Below are positions 37,985-49,230 of a stretch of DNA of 64,000 nucleotides, piece after piece. The notes under the pieces are model-generated. The model saw only the letters and a list, made by a program, of their open reading frames with translations. It had not been told where the DNA came from and made no database searches. The number at the start of each line of letters is the position of its first letter. The first letter of the stretch is position 1. This DNA is from Marsupella aquatica (lineage: Eukaryota; Plantae; Marchantiophyta): positions 4,612,944 to 4,676,943 of the forward strand of contig OZ316894.1 of NCBI GenBank assembly GCA_973895155.1, read 5' to 3'. Both the position numbers and the translations under genes were made by a program.

Positions 37985-38866
37985 ATGATGCATCACAATG
38001 CAGACCCTGCTATAATTCTTGACCCAATGGCGCCCCGCTCACCCACTGGAGTGTCCATTTCTTCACAAGCAGACGAGGCGGGGAGAGTTGTTTCCGTGGA
38101 CGGGAACGGAACTGCAGATGCAACCTTCTCCCAAGAAACTCCAGCTCCCGAATTTTCCAACGGGAGCCACAGTAATGCACCAGAAGAGGAAACCAATCCC
38201 CCAAAGATAGAAGAGGAGGAAAGGGTTTCAGGTTTTCCTGAGGAGGTCGTGAAGCAGGAAAACAGGGGCCTCGAGAATACAAGCACATTAGCAGCCACCT
38301 TTGCTCTGCAGGAGGAGTCCTCTGATTATCCTTCTCAAGGGTTGGAATATGAAGCACTGGTCCAAACTCAGGAAACGTCTGGGCAAGAAGAAGCACCACC
38401 TCTCGTGGAAGAAATGCAGGACGACGTGCAAGATGTCATGGAAGTAGTAAAGCAAGATGAAATTCCTGCCAATGGTGATGAGCAGCAGCAGAAACAAGAG
38501 GTTGCTTCTTCACAAGGAGGGGAATTGCTGAAGCAAGAGGTGGCTCACCGATCGCACATACTCGGCAGCTTGAGCAAGCTGGACGAGAATTCTGCTCGCC
38601 AACTGCTGAATGACTCAGGCTGGAATGTGAGCCAAAGTGTGCGCATGAATGGTAAAACCCAATGGTATTACAGGTCTCCGCCCCCTAAACCTGTGTTACT
38701 GGGCTCGCTAACCTCCGCAGTAGCTTTGTGGAAGAAAGTGGTTGACGAAGATCATAAAAAAAAGGGGGGTGCAGATGATGATCCATACCCTATGGTCACT
38801 GCTTTCCTCAGCAATGTGAAGAGGCCAACTGCCAAAAAAAGGAAGAGGGGACGATACGCTGATTGA
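37985..38866 (+). CDS. Acidic disordered protein with C-terminal MBD/DUF7028-like chromatin domain and NLS
   Basis: 293-aa ORF. ARQLLNDSGWNVSQSVRMNGKTQWYYRSPPPKPVLLGSLTSAV fits the GW…R…YYxSP…S pattern, and KKRKRGR lies near the C-terminus. Confidence 0.7.
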   Translation: MMHHNADPAIILDPMAPRSPTGVSISSQADEAGRVVSVDGNGTADATFSQETPAPEFSNGSHSNAPEEETNPPKIEEEERVSGFPEEVVKQENRGLENTSTLAATFALQEESSDYPSQGLEYEALVQTQETSGQEEAPPLVEEMQDDVQDVMEVVKQDEIPANGDEQQQKQEVASSQGGELLKQEVAHRSHILGSLSKLDENSARQLLNDSGWNVSQSVRMNGKTQWYYRSPPPKPVLLGSLTSAVALWKKVVDEDHKKKGGADDDPYPMVTAFLSNVKRPTAKKRKRGRYAD

Positions 38867-41519
38867 TGAAAGTGAGTACGATTCCGTGTTTCTCATGCCT
38901 TCTCTGCAGTCTTCAAACTACTGGTTGGGATTATCGCAATAGACCACCAAGAACTTGGAGCCTTGAAACCAATGGAGTTTCTCTTGGTTCTGAGATACAA
39001 CTGTCAACCACTAGTTCAAACGGGGACTCCCATTTCTGCGGCGAGTTGCCGGCCTTAAAACAGAGCAGTAATTGAAGGTGTTGTTCACCACAACTTGCAG
39101 TTGCTGATATCGTGAAACAATTAAGCTGACGCACAAATTGTGTGCACAGGAAGGCGTTCTGCATGAAAGGATTAGGAGTTGGGTGTAATCGGCGGATGCA
39201 TGCATGGTTATCCTTTGCGCTTCCTCCGAATTTCCTGGAAAATTTAGTAGGTGATAACCCTGCAGCAGGGACCCTTTCCGTGATGATACTTTCGGACTTG
39301 TTAATAGCTTTGCTAACCCTGCCAGAACCTGTTGTCTGAGTGAGATTATGGGCTCACAACTTGGAGAACATAACGTAGCTAACGTTTGTAGCGAATGTAA
39401 AGTTAACAAGTGTAGTGAATGTAAAGTCGGCGACAATCAGACGCTACTCAGAAATGTGATTAGGTGCATGATCATAGCAGATGGTTGAACGCAAGTCTAC
39501 TGGTAAGATCTGAATTTGATTGTCAGCTCTTGGTCAGCTCGACCGTCAAAGTTGTGGTGGCCATCAAATCTTTGGCTATTCTCAACATTTCACCTTTGGC
39601 AAATGACATAGTTGGAAGTAAGAACGGACATGGATGTTTTGTCGTGCAAGTACAGTTCCTATAATGGGCCCATAAATTTCGGGGTCTTAAAATCTGATGA
39701 ATGAATTTCGATGTATTGGAGGGAGCACTTTGTTTAAAGCAACGGTAGAAAGTGCGGCAATCTTGAGCTCACCGTCCAAACTACAGACATTGCCATTCTC
39801 TAGTTTACACTAAAATTGAAGGCAACAGAGATCGGCTGAGAGCAGCGAAGGAGGTGGACCTATCTGTGAGTAAAGTTAAAAGTATGCAAGTCACCAGTCA
39901 TTTGAAGACTGATCAATCTGCAAGTCTAGATTTGATTACACCTTTACTTTTTGGAAACCCTCGTGGCTCATCAACTTGCAAGCGAAAATATTACACCTTA
40001 ATTGGACCAAACTGGGCAAATTCTAGATCTTACCAAGAATCGGAGTACACCGGAGAGGACTACGATTGGAACCTAACAAATCACAAAGTACTTTCTTGGT
40101 CTCTTGGGAAACTTACGCTCACCAGCCGAGTTAGAAATTCCTATCATTCTTATCAAGAACAGGTGTATCCTCCCTGGCAGGCTGAGGAAGAAAGAAATTT
40201 CCCCACAACGGCTCAAGGAGACACTTGCCTTGGCCAGTCTATCAGGTAAACCGTTCATGGTGATTGCCGCGTCGGAAAGAAAATTGGTGAAAGTTGTAGC
40301 TGGGATCATCACATTGATAGCGGAAAAAACGATTTAAAGTCTTAGACAAGTTGATCTGCCCTAACACGGGCGCTTTGCAAAATTATCTCCAGCCAAAATC
40401 AGTGGGCATTCCCATAAGCTGGATCTTGGTAATCTCAAGACCAAGCCAGTGAGAATGGGACTACGTTGTCTACAGTTCCGAACAAGGCAAGAACTTTACG
40501 CCCCACTCAAATTTATTTCTCACCTCAAACTGAACTGAGGAAGACCCACAAAAAAGGTTCCCAGAGGGTTTAACCGAAATCCGCGAATTGATTTCTTGCA
40601 TCCAAAAGTCCGTACACCAGCCACTACATCACGTAATGCAAATCATATCACACCGGTTCATCATTCCTGGTCGTGCAATTGTTTTGCTAATCATATGACT
40701 ACCTCAATTCCTACTCATCTTAGTTTACTGGTGGTCCAATTGCTCTGCTAATTCCTGTTCATCTTTACTGGTAGCCCAATTGTCATGCAAATCAGAGCAC
40801 AACCACAATTCCTATTCACCATTACTGGTAGTCCATTTTGGGAAGCTCTGCAAATGCCCTGGCAATCCAGACTACGCTTGACATATGTACACTCGGAGGC
40901 ACGCAGCAATGCATGAGATTACGAGGCTTGCTCCTAACCTACCCCTACGAACATGTGAACGTTCCATGCTCATCGATCAGAAGTACCTGTTTTGTGGGTC
41001 AAGAAGATCGAGACGTTTCGTGCGTTCGAGAAAGAAAGCCTCATCTCTCTCAAATCTTGATTCTAACCCATTCTTTTCTCTAAAGATAAGTCTATGTCAG
41101 ACTATGTACTGGAGGAGTGACGGTAGCCAATATCATACTGATATTATAGAGTACTAGTGTGACATACACCACTTACCCCCACCTCAAAAATGAAGTATTG
41201 TAGCACAGGATGCCTTGCTGTATTTGAGGGATCCCGCCCCTTCGTTCTCACCGCCTGTTATGAAATGTCGTTCTGGCACTAAGAGATTTTAGCAGAACCT
41301 CTCACCACAACTTTGCCTTTCTGTATACCCCGAGCCAGAGGCTGAGAGTAATCCAAACTCTCAACATGTCAACCATTCTCTCCAAGAGAAGAGACCTGAG
41401 GGCCTGTCCACGACCCCCATTCCAAATTGAATAAATTCACTCACCAGAGTGACGGGAATTGAATTGAACTGCGCCGCAAGAGAAGAGAAGAAGGCGATAG
41501 AGAGCATTGGCAGACGAAG

Positions 41520-44374
41520 ATGGAAGTGAGGACGTCGTTCCTCGGTCTGGTCATCATCTCGTGCTTCCTACTAGGTGGGCAGTTTTTTCTTCTTGCTCTA
41601 CATTTGCCCATCAGTTGTCATCTCTACTTTTGCTCCTCATCTCATGCGTACTTGATGGGTGGTGTTAGTTCTTGCTCTGCCCATCGTGCATCATCTCTTT
41701 CTGCATTCTCTCTCCTGTTAATTGGGACCTCGTATTGGATTGGAGGCTGTATCTCTAGCAATTGTTGTAAAGCCGACTGTGAGCTTCTTTTGGTTCCAGG
41801 GAAGGAACAGGCATTGAGTCTGTCACTGAATCAAATTCCATATCTCGGAATTTCTTTGCAATGCATTTGTATTAGAGTGCTGGACTTCGTTTTCGCTTCT
41901 CTACTCTTCACTTCTTAAATTTTTTTAGGTCTGTTTCGAGATCAGTCCATTTGGTAAGGCTTGGGAAGAAAGTGCGTCGATGGGGTTTGAAAGTGCTTAT
42001 TATGAATTCCACTAGCCTACAATAGGGCAGTAATGAACGGCGCTTAGAAGGAATTGTTGCACATCAGTAAAGCTGAACTATAGCTATTTAACTATTCCCT
42101 CATACTTGCAAATTCCCCAGGAGATTTCTTGCGTTCACCTGCCAGTAGATTGTGAATGACCCTCATGGGCGTGTGCTAGCTAGAGGTCCTGGAAAGACAC
42201 CCATAGACAGTCCTACAGCAGCTACTTCAGAGTGCTTTTGCAGGCTTTACCAAAGTCTAGATAGTTGTGGTCAGATGGAAAGAATCCCAAAGAAGTGTCA
42301 AGCTGCCTTTAATCTGTAATGGGTCGAACAAACGTCCTTGATAGACATTGATGTTTCGTAGGATAGAATTTTAGTTTATTAAGTCCTTTCATGTCTATCA
42401 TTTTAACTTGATACTTAACCGCAAAAATTCTAGTACTGCTCAGGTTTTCCTAGCGAGGGAAACGCTTCGTCAGAAGGGAAGGTAGCAGTTGATTTTTACT
42501 CGGAATCCTTGTGCCCCTACTGCTCCAGTTTTGTCATCAACGACCTGAGCAGGATCGTAAACAACGGTGTCATTGACATTGTTGACCTACGCATCATACC
42601 TTACGGAAATGCACAGATTTATCCTACCGGTGAAATCGTATGCCAGGTACATTTAGTGCCGTTCTCTAGTTTTCATTTGACGCAATGCTCAAGTTCCAAA
42701 TGAGCAGATTTATTCTAGACTTTCGCACAGCAAGTGGGTTTGAATATTGATCATGGTAAATTGGGGAGTAGTCGATTACTAAGATTTCGTGCCAGAGGTT
42801 TACAGATCCATTATTGTATTTGAAATCACTCTGGAAAGGGTCCTAATTCGGAGCTGAATTGGTTTACAAGCATGGCGAAGATGAGTGTAAGCTGAACATC
42901 ATACAAACGTGTGCAATGAGGCTATGGCCAAAAGTGGTTTGCACCCACCTGACATTGTGTACACTGTAGTATTCTGGAATGCAATTAGTTATCCAGAACT
43001 TTTCTTCAAATTTAGTTCTGATTACATGAGATTCTCCTGTTTATCTCCACAAGGTTCAATTTGCAAATTTTTTGTGACTTTATCAACTTGTAAATACTGT
43101 GATGATCGAGCTCTTGATCAAGAGATCCATGAATTTAAGTGTCAAGGGAATTGAGTCTTTGGTACTTGGGGCTGTGCAGACAAAGTGGTTCCCTTTCATC
43201 CTTTGCTTGGAAAAATTAGTGCAGGACTCGCCACAATCGCATGTGTACCCAAACTGGAAAACTTGTGTTGAGCCCAGTGGAGTCTCTTTGGGACTCCTTG
43301 AAAAGTGTTTCAAGGGCCCTCTTGGATGTATGGTACAACTCTTGATCCTATTCTCTAAATCTCACCAAAGCAGGTGTATTATCGCCAAGCAGTTATTCAT
43401 TGCAAGGAAAGATAGCATGGCTACTTTCTTTTCAGGGGCTCTATACAGGATGGTAGTGGCCATTTAACTGTCCAATTCTTTCATTGTCACAAAGATTGTG
43501 CTCGTTATGATTGTTCTGTCATAGCTGTATGCATGTAGGATCCACTTGACCTGGATGAGGGTGCACAAGAAATGCTTGGAATAGAAGTCAAGAGGAGGTA
43601 GTATCTGTACAGAAGTTCCTTCCATGGAAAGAGGCTAATGAGTATGTTGCTTTGTGCAGTTGGTGAGGGAATTTGGAGCAGAGACAGATAGCTTGATTCC
43701 ACCTCACAAATATGTACCGTGGGTGGTGGTAGAAGGAAAACCTCTGTATGATGTAAGTTTGCCTAGCTCCCCCTGTCTAACATGAGGTAGTTAATCCCTA
43801 TTATGAGTGTAGTCCTGCAGCCTGAGTTTGTAGCATACTTCTTGTCTTTTCTTGAGCATCTTAATAATCATAGAAACCCTGGATTCTTGGACGTCTCCTC
43901 AATGTGGGACATTGGTTTGTGGTTTTCTTTCCATGAGCTGTTGAGAGGGCCAAACTCTCACCTGTGGCAAAAGGTTGGATGGGAAGTCCATCAGGGTTGG
44001 AAGCTGATGAGACTTGAGAGCTATCACTTCATCCTATTTTCTTTCAAAAATTGAAGATGGGCTGAGTTAGAGGACTATTTCCACTAACAAAAATTGCTGA
44101 GGATATGTTTGTTTGCGAAGTTGGAGTGAAGGTTGGGAGGCCCTTGATACGAGGAGTTTTGGTGAAGTGCATGGATTTTATCTGATCCTATCTTTGATAT
44201 GTATGGATGTGGCTTCTGCAGGACTATGAGGACATTGAGAAGGTATTGTGTCAGGCTTATAAGGGTTCTAACGCACCTAATGTGTGTGAAAGATACAATG
44301 TAGCAGGTAATACCATGATCAAAAGTGTTCTTCAAAATGAAAGTTGTGTTAGTGAACCTAATGTGTGTGAATGA
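41520..44374 (+). CDS. GILT: Gamma-interferon-inducible lysosomal thiol reductase; exons 41520-41574, 42444-42646, 42871-42936, 43180-43332, 43660-43752, 44222-44374
   Basis: Signal peptide, YSESLCPYC active site, PYGNA, CQHGEDEC signature and PPHKYVPWVVV. All introns are GT-AG and in phase. Confidence 0.93.
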
Positions 44375-46559
44375 TACGGTATAGGAGTGTTCTTCAAAAA
44401 GAAAATTCTGTTAGTGACGTTTGTGAAAGAGATTGAATAAGCCGATCCTGCCAACGGTAGCTCTTGCTTCAGTTCTAAGGCTTTCTATGTTACTAAGTGA
44501 TAAAATAAATAAATTTCTGAACACTGCTCTATACCACGGGGTGATCTATATAAGGGTGTAATCTTCTTGGTTGTGAAGTTCATGAGGACCTGTTGTAATG
44601 GGGATAAAGGCCAAAACTTGCCAGATACACCTTTCATTTATTTATTTTACATTACAAAGAGAGAAAGTGAGAGGAGGGTGGAAAGGAGCAAGCAAACTTA
44701 GTGTGACAACAACCAAATTCAGATACTCAGTGATTTTTGGCAGTTTACCAGAATGATCATAGTTGTTTACACTACTGAAATAGAAGTTCCTAAATGAAAA
44801 GGGCCAGGGGACTGGGTTTTTATTCAATAAGAATCAATATTCACATACAAACTTGCCAAGCCAATGTACATCTATACAAAGAAATTGCAAAACGTCCAAA
44901 TGTTCAATCAGATCCATGAATGAAACTCTAGAGGGCAATTTAAAAATGGGACATTCATATATGCGGGTGAGTTTTACTGTAAGCTAACGCATGAAAATTG
45001 AGCAAAATACCCATCTTGAGTCAGCAAAAAGCATTAGCAAAACATTTAAAAGAACAGCAGACAACAAGGGAAAACTTCACCTCATGGTAGTAGCTATCAT
45101 GACATGGACTGATTTTATTTGATCACTATTAGTGAGGTTCATACCCGAAGTACATTTTTTGTTGAACAGAAGCGCCTAATCCAACAAAGTCAAAGGGATG
45201 CTGTGATTGACTGGACCCGGACCACAACTGCAAATCATCTGGCGATGAACAGTAGGTCATAAAGTAAACTCATGGTCCAGTTCCATTCATAAAACTTATT
45301 TGTTCAAACATCATTAAGTCAGATTTCTAGAAGTCAAAGTTGGTTGTTTCCTACAGTTTTAAAGACTTATCAGCTCTGATGAGGCTTTTGTTAAATGATC
45401 CTCATGAAATCTGACAGGAACCATCTCACAATGTTGAATCAATGAACGTGAGCAACTCCAAGGATACTACACCTTGCGCAATGCAGCAATGAAAATCAAG
45501 GATGAGGAATATTTCTTGCAGTCAATGGGTAAATCCGACGGCACAGTCAGAAATTTTTTGTTTATAAGATGAAATGTCAAAAAATCCAGTTCTTGTTAAT
45601 ATATCCTTTCTAGCTCTCATAAACCCAAAAGAGAAGGCAGGAAGTAGAGTTCACTCCCAATGTTGAGTAGCTCATTTTGCTATACATTGTTGAATATTTG
45701 GGTGCAATTGGATCTGAGTTGGAACACCCAAGATCCCATTACTGTTAATATCTGCATTCTTTTGTGAGAACCCATGATCTATGTCACCAGCTTGTGTAAT
45801 CATACATTACTTTGTACATCTCGTAACCCACAGATGGTGTTAAGAGAAATTAAAGTTTTTGACTGGCTCAAAAGTGATCTCCCACGATGAATGCCTCTAG
45901 GGGCCTCATTCCAAGGGAGGCCCCATATCACACGTGAACTTTCAAGTAATAAACACCCTAAAACTTAAGAAATTAGTTCGTGGACCCTTGGCTAATAAAT
46001 CAGGGGGAAGAGTCGATCTGAGCCGTCTCCATTTCTTATCTCCGGAAATCTCGTCCGTCCATCATAATGGCCAATCTATGGCTCAAAAGAAAGATCTCAA
46101 ATAGATCTATGGATGGGTTCTGTCCGTTTTGCAAATAGGTTAATATTTTTCAAATGAAAAATTAAACAAATCCAAACAAATCCAAGGCCTCCTAGCCGTC
46201 GATTTTGTTGATTTTATGATCTTTGTCGTCCATTTTGTAACGCCTCTAGAAATCTTATTCATCCATGTTAGAAGGCAATCTAGGGTGCAAAAGAAAGATC
46301 TCAATGAGATCTACGATTGGGTATTTTTTGTTTTGAGAATGAGTAAATAGTTTTGAGTATAAAATTAGATGAACTTTCAAAATTCCAGCCATTCCTCCTC
46401 CCCGATCCTGGGTTTCTATATGCTCTTCCCAGCATTAATGGCCGTACAATACGAGAGGTCCTTACATACCGGGAGTTGCGGTTCAACAAGGAAGTTATCA
46501 AGTTAGTTATTAGTCATTATTTATTATATGAAAAAGACTTTTTATAAATCTTTGAATTT

Positions 46560-46817
46560 AAATTTTAAAATTGGAAATGTAACTAAAACGGTTACATAGT
46601 GACAGCTTTAACCGTCTTGCTCTTTGCAGTTCCAATGTTTTTACTTTTCTTTTTACGGCATGGCATCCCAAAATTTACACCCAAATTGACACAAACACGA
46701 ATGAAAACTATAAGTTTGATTCACAAAACCGACGAGTCTTGTTTGTTGCGGTTGTTGTTGACGTGGCACGCTGTGGTGCCAGGAATTTTGGAAGGGACCT
46801 CTAGTGGGGTCCGTAAA
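46560..46817. mobile_element. Dispersed repeat end with terminal hairpin; second copy at 56295-56558
   Basis: Both copies share ggcatggc.tcccaa…gccaggaattttg…GTCCGTAAA, and similarity ends at the same base. Confidence 0.6.
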
Positions 46818-47115
46818 TAAAATAGATTTTAACTAATTTAAAACCCCTAACTTTATGGAATATTCTTGTATTTTGTATTAAAAAACCCATATAGCTATTT
46901 TAATTCTCAAATTTGGATTAAAACACCCCTATATTTCTTAAACAAAAATGTTAAAGTCTTCCACGCAATTGAATTAAAAACCCCTAACTTCTTTGCGTGC
47001 GATAGGTTTGAAGAAAAGACCCCGGGGAATGCCCAAATTACAACATCTAGTCACTAGAATATACAATCTTGCCCGTCATTATATGTTTTGAAAATGCATA
47101 TTTGGAGGTAATTCA

Positions 47116-47383
47116 TGTTAGGATTTACTCTTAGGTCTAGAGTAACAACTGTACCGTAGTTAGGGCTAACCTTAGTCGCAGACTAGGTTAGGTTAGTCAT
47201 GCTTTGCACACACTATACCCAAGTGGTGTTTGCTTGGAGAGGAGGAACTCAGGCTCATTGTGACGGAGCCAATTGAGAGATAAGAGAGCTTGTGTTGTGG
47301 ATGCTTGGTAAGGCCGGTCGTCCTAGAGTGCAATAAAGCTCTTGTGTGTTCCCGTGGACATAGCCTCACATGGAGGTGAACAC
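47116..47383 (+). mobile_element. 3'-truncated LTR of the same family as 31113-31455
   Basis: Starts TGTTAGGATT and is collinear with the reverse complement of the 31.1-31.4 kb solo LTR. Confidence 0.85.
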
Positions 47384-47720
47384 ATATAAAAAGCAAAGCC
47401 ACCAAATTGTGTGGTCGTTAAACTTCCTTCTAAGTTTTGAATTACTAGAAATGTTTTTTCTAAGTGTACTATCATATCTGCTACTATACATCGGCTCTCC
47501 CTAGGATCAGTTCTCAGGTATCTTTGTAAGCTAAACGGTTATGACGGTGGACGCAACAGTCCTTCTTGATCTGACTCCAAAGCTCAAGTTGCTCCTTCCT
47601 CTTACTCATTAGATTCGTTGGGAGTAAGGGGGACCAGGATCTCAGCATTTGCCCCAGGGTCTGAGAACCAAATCAAGTTCATGAGAGATACAGTGCAGTT
47701 GTCTGAATTTCTTGTTTGAT

Positions 47721-48064
47721 TGCAAGCATTCAACATCATTTTAATTTGCATGTTGGTGTTCTTGAGGATAACCCAGCTTAGGAGCCTACCTAGAAAGTGA
47801 GAGTAGTGCAAGCATTCAACATCATTTTAATTTGCATGTTGGTGTTCTTGAGGATAACCCAGCTTAGGAGCCTACCTAGAAAGTGAGAGTAGTGCAAGCA
47901 TTCAACATCATTTTAATTTGCATGTTGGTGTTCTTGAGGATAACCCAGCTTAGGAGCCTACCTAGAAAGTGAGAGTAGTGCAAGCATTCAACATCATTTT
48001 AATTTGCATGTTGGTGTTCTTGAGGATAACCCAGCTTAGGAGCCTACCTAGAAAGTGAGAGTAG
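47721..48064. repeat. Perfect 4 x 86-bp tandem repeat
   Basis: The unit TGCAAGCATTCAAC…GAAAGTGAGAGTAG starts at 47721, 47807, 47893 and 47979, with no spacers. Confidence 0.97.
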
Positions 48065-49230
48065 ACACTTGCGTTTCTCTCGTTCCATGTCACAATGCAC
48101 AATTTGGTGATGAGCACCAGAGGTCCAGGATTCAGTTCTTAACTACACATACATACCTGAAACCTACCAATCCTCCACTGTCTGTAATCTAGGATGGATT
48201 GAAAGGTCAGGTTCAGTCAGTCATGTTTGCGTTTGCTACTTATTGTTCATCTTTGTCCCGGTCCCTATGTTTTGTCCATCCTCACTGTCAGTTTGGCCTC
48301 GTCCCTAGCTTTGTCCACCCTCACTTTCAGTTTTGTTCTTCCTGTTTGTTCACCCTCAGTTTCAGTTTTGTCCTTATTGAGAGTTAAGGTCTAGAGTAAA
48401 AACTCTAGACCATAGCCCTGGAAAGTAGCTTTGCACTTCCTTTTATTAGTAACATATATGCGGCAGCATTGCGTCGACCTAAATTTATGTGCCCTTATAT
48501 CAAACCTCTCTTATGAGGTAAAGATCGCTCCATGGTGAAAATAGATTGCATACATGATATATAGAGATTCCACGCCTGGAAAAAACGACACATTGAGACC
48601 TCGCAGCGGTGTTATGTTACCAGACAGTGAAAATACAATTTTGAGAAAGCAGGAGCCATGGGTACAAAGTAGGGCACTCATTTTGAGTGTTAACAAGCCC
48701 AAATCCACAGGCTCCAGGTTTGTGAACTTCCTACCAAGGATAGTCAAGAGCTTGCATCAGCCTCGGGGCCTACTGGCCTTCGAAAGGCTGTCAATGCTTG
48801 GTGTCCTTGTGAGGTTGAGAAGTTGTCCAACCAGAAAAGGAAAGGATCCCAAAAGAATGCCGAAGTCTCTTCAGTGCATGTGGAGCGTTGCTCCAAGACC
48901 GCCCAGCATCAATTCAAATGTAATATTTGAACAATATCTCAATGTAAAACCAGTGATGACTGCCTAGCATTTGCTAGGATTCGCTATGCTACTTCTGCCC
49001 CAGTTGTCCCCACAACTATGCTCTCTTGCGAAAGAGTAAATTAAACGTAGCCCAAGAGCACCGAATTGCAAGCTTGTACTTAAAACGGTCGGGGTTCACA
49101 GGAACTGTTGTGATACCTGACACCTGCATGTTATTTCAACAGCTTGAAACAAAATTTGGCTTGTTGATCAAATGGAGGAAAGGGAAGCTCTCTACAAAGA
49201 ATATCTATCAGCCAGACTAAAACCCCTGAC

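Noticed and set aside
47721-48064. CRISPR-like regular repeat
   Set aside because: Units are contiguous with no unique spacers, there are no cas genes, and the context is eukaryotic.
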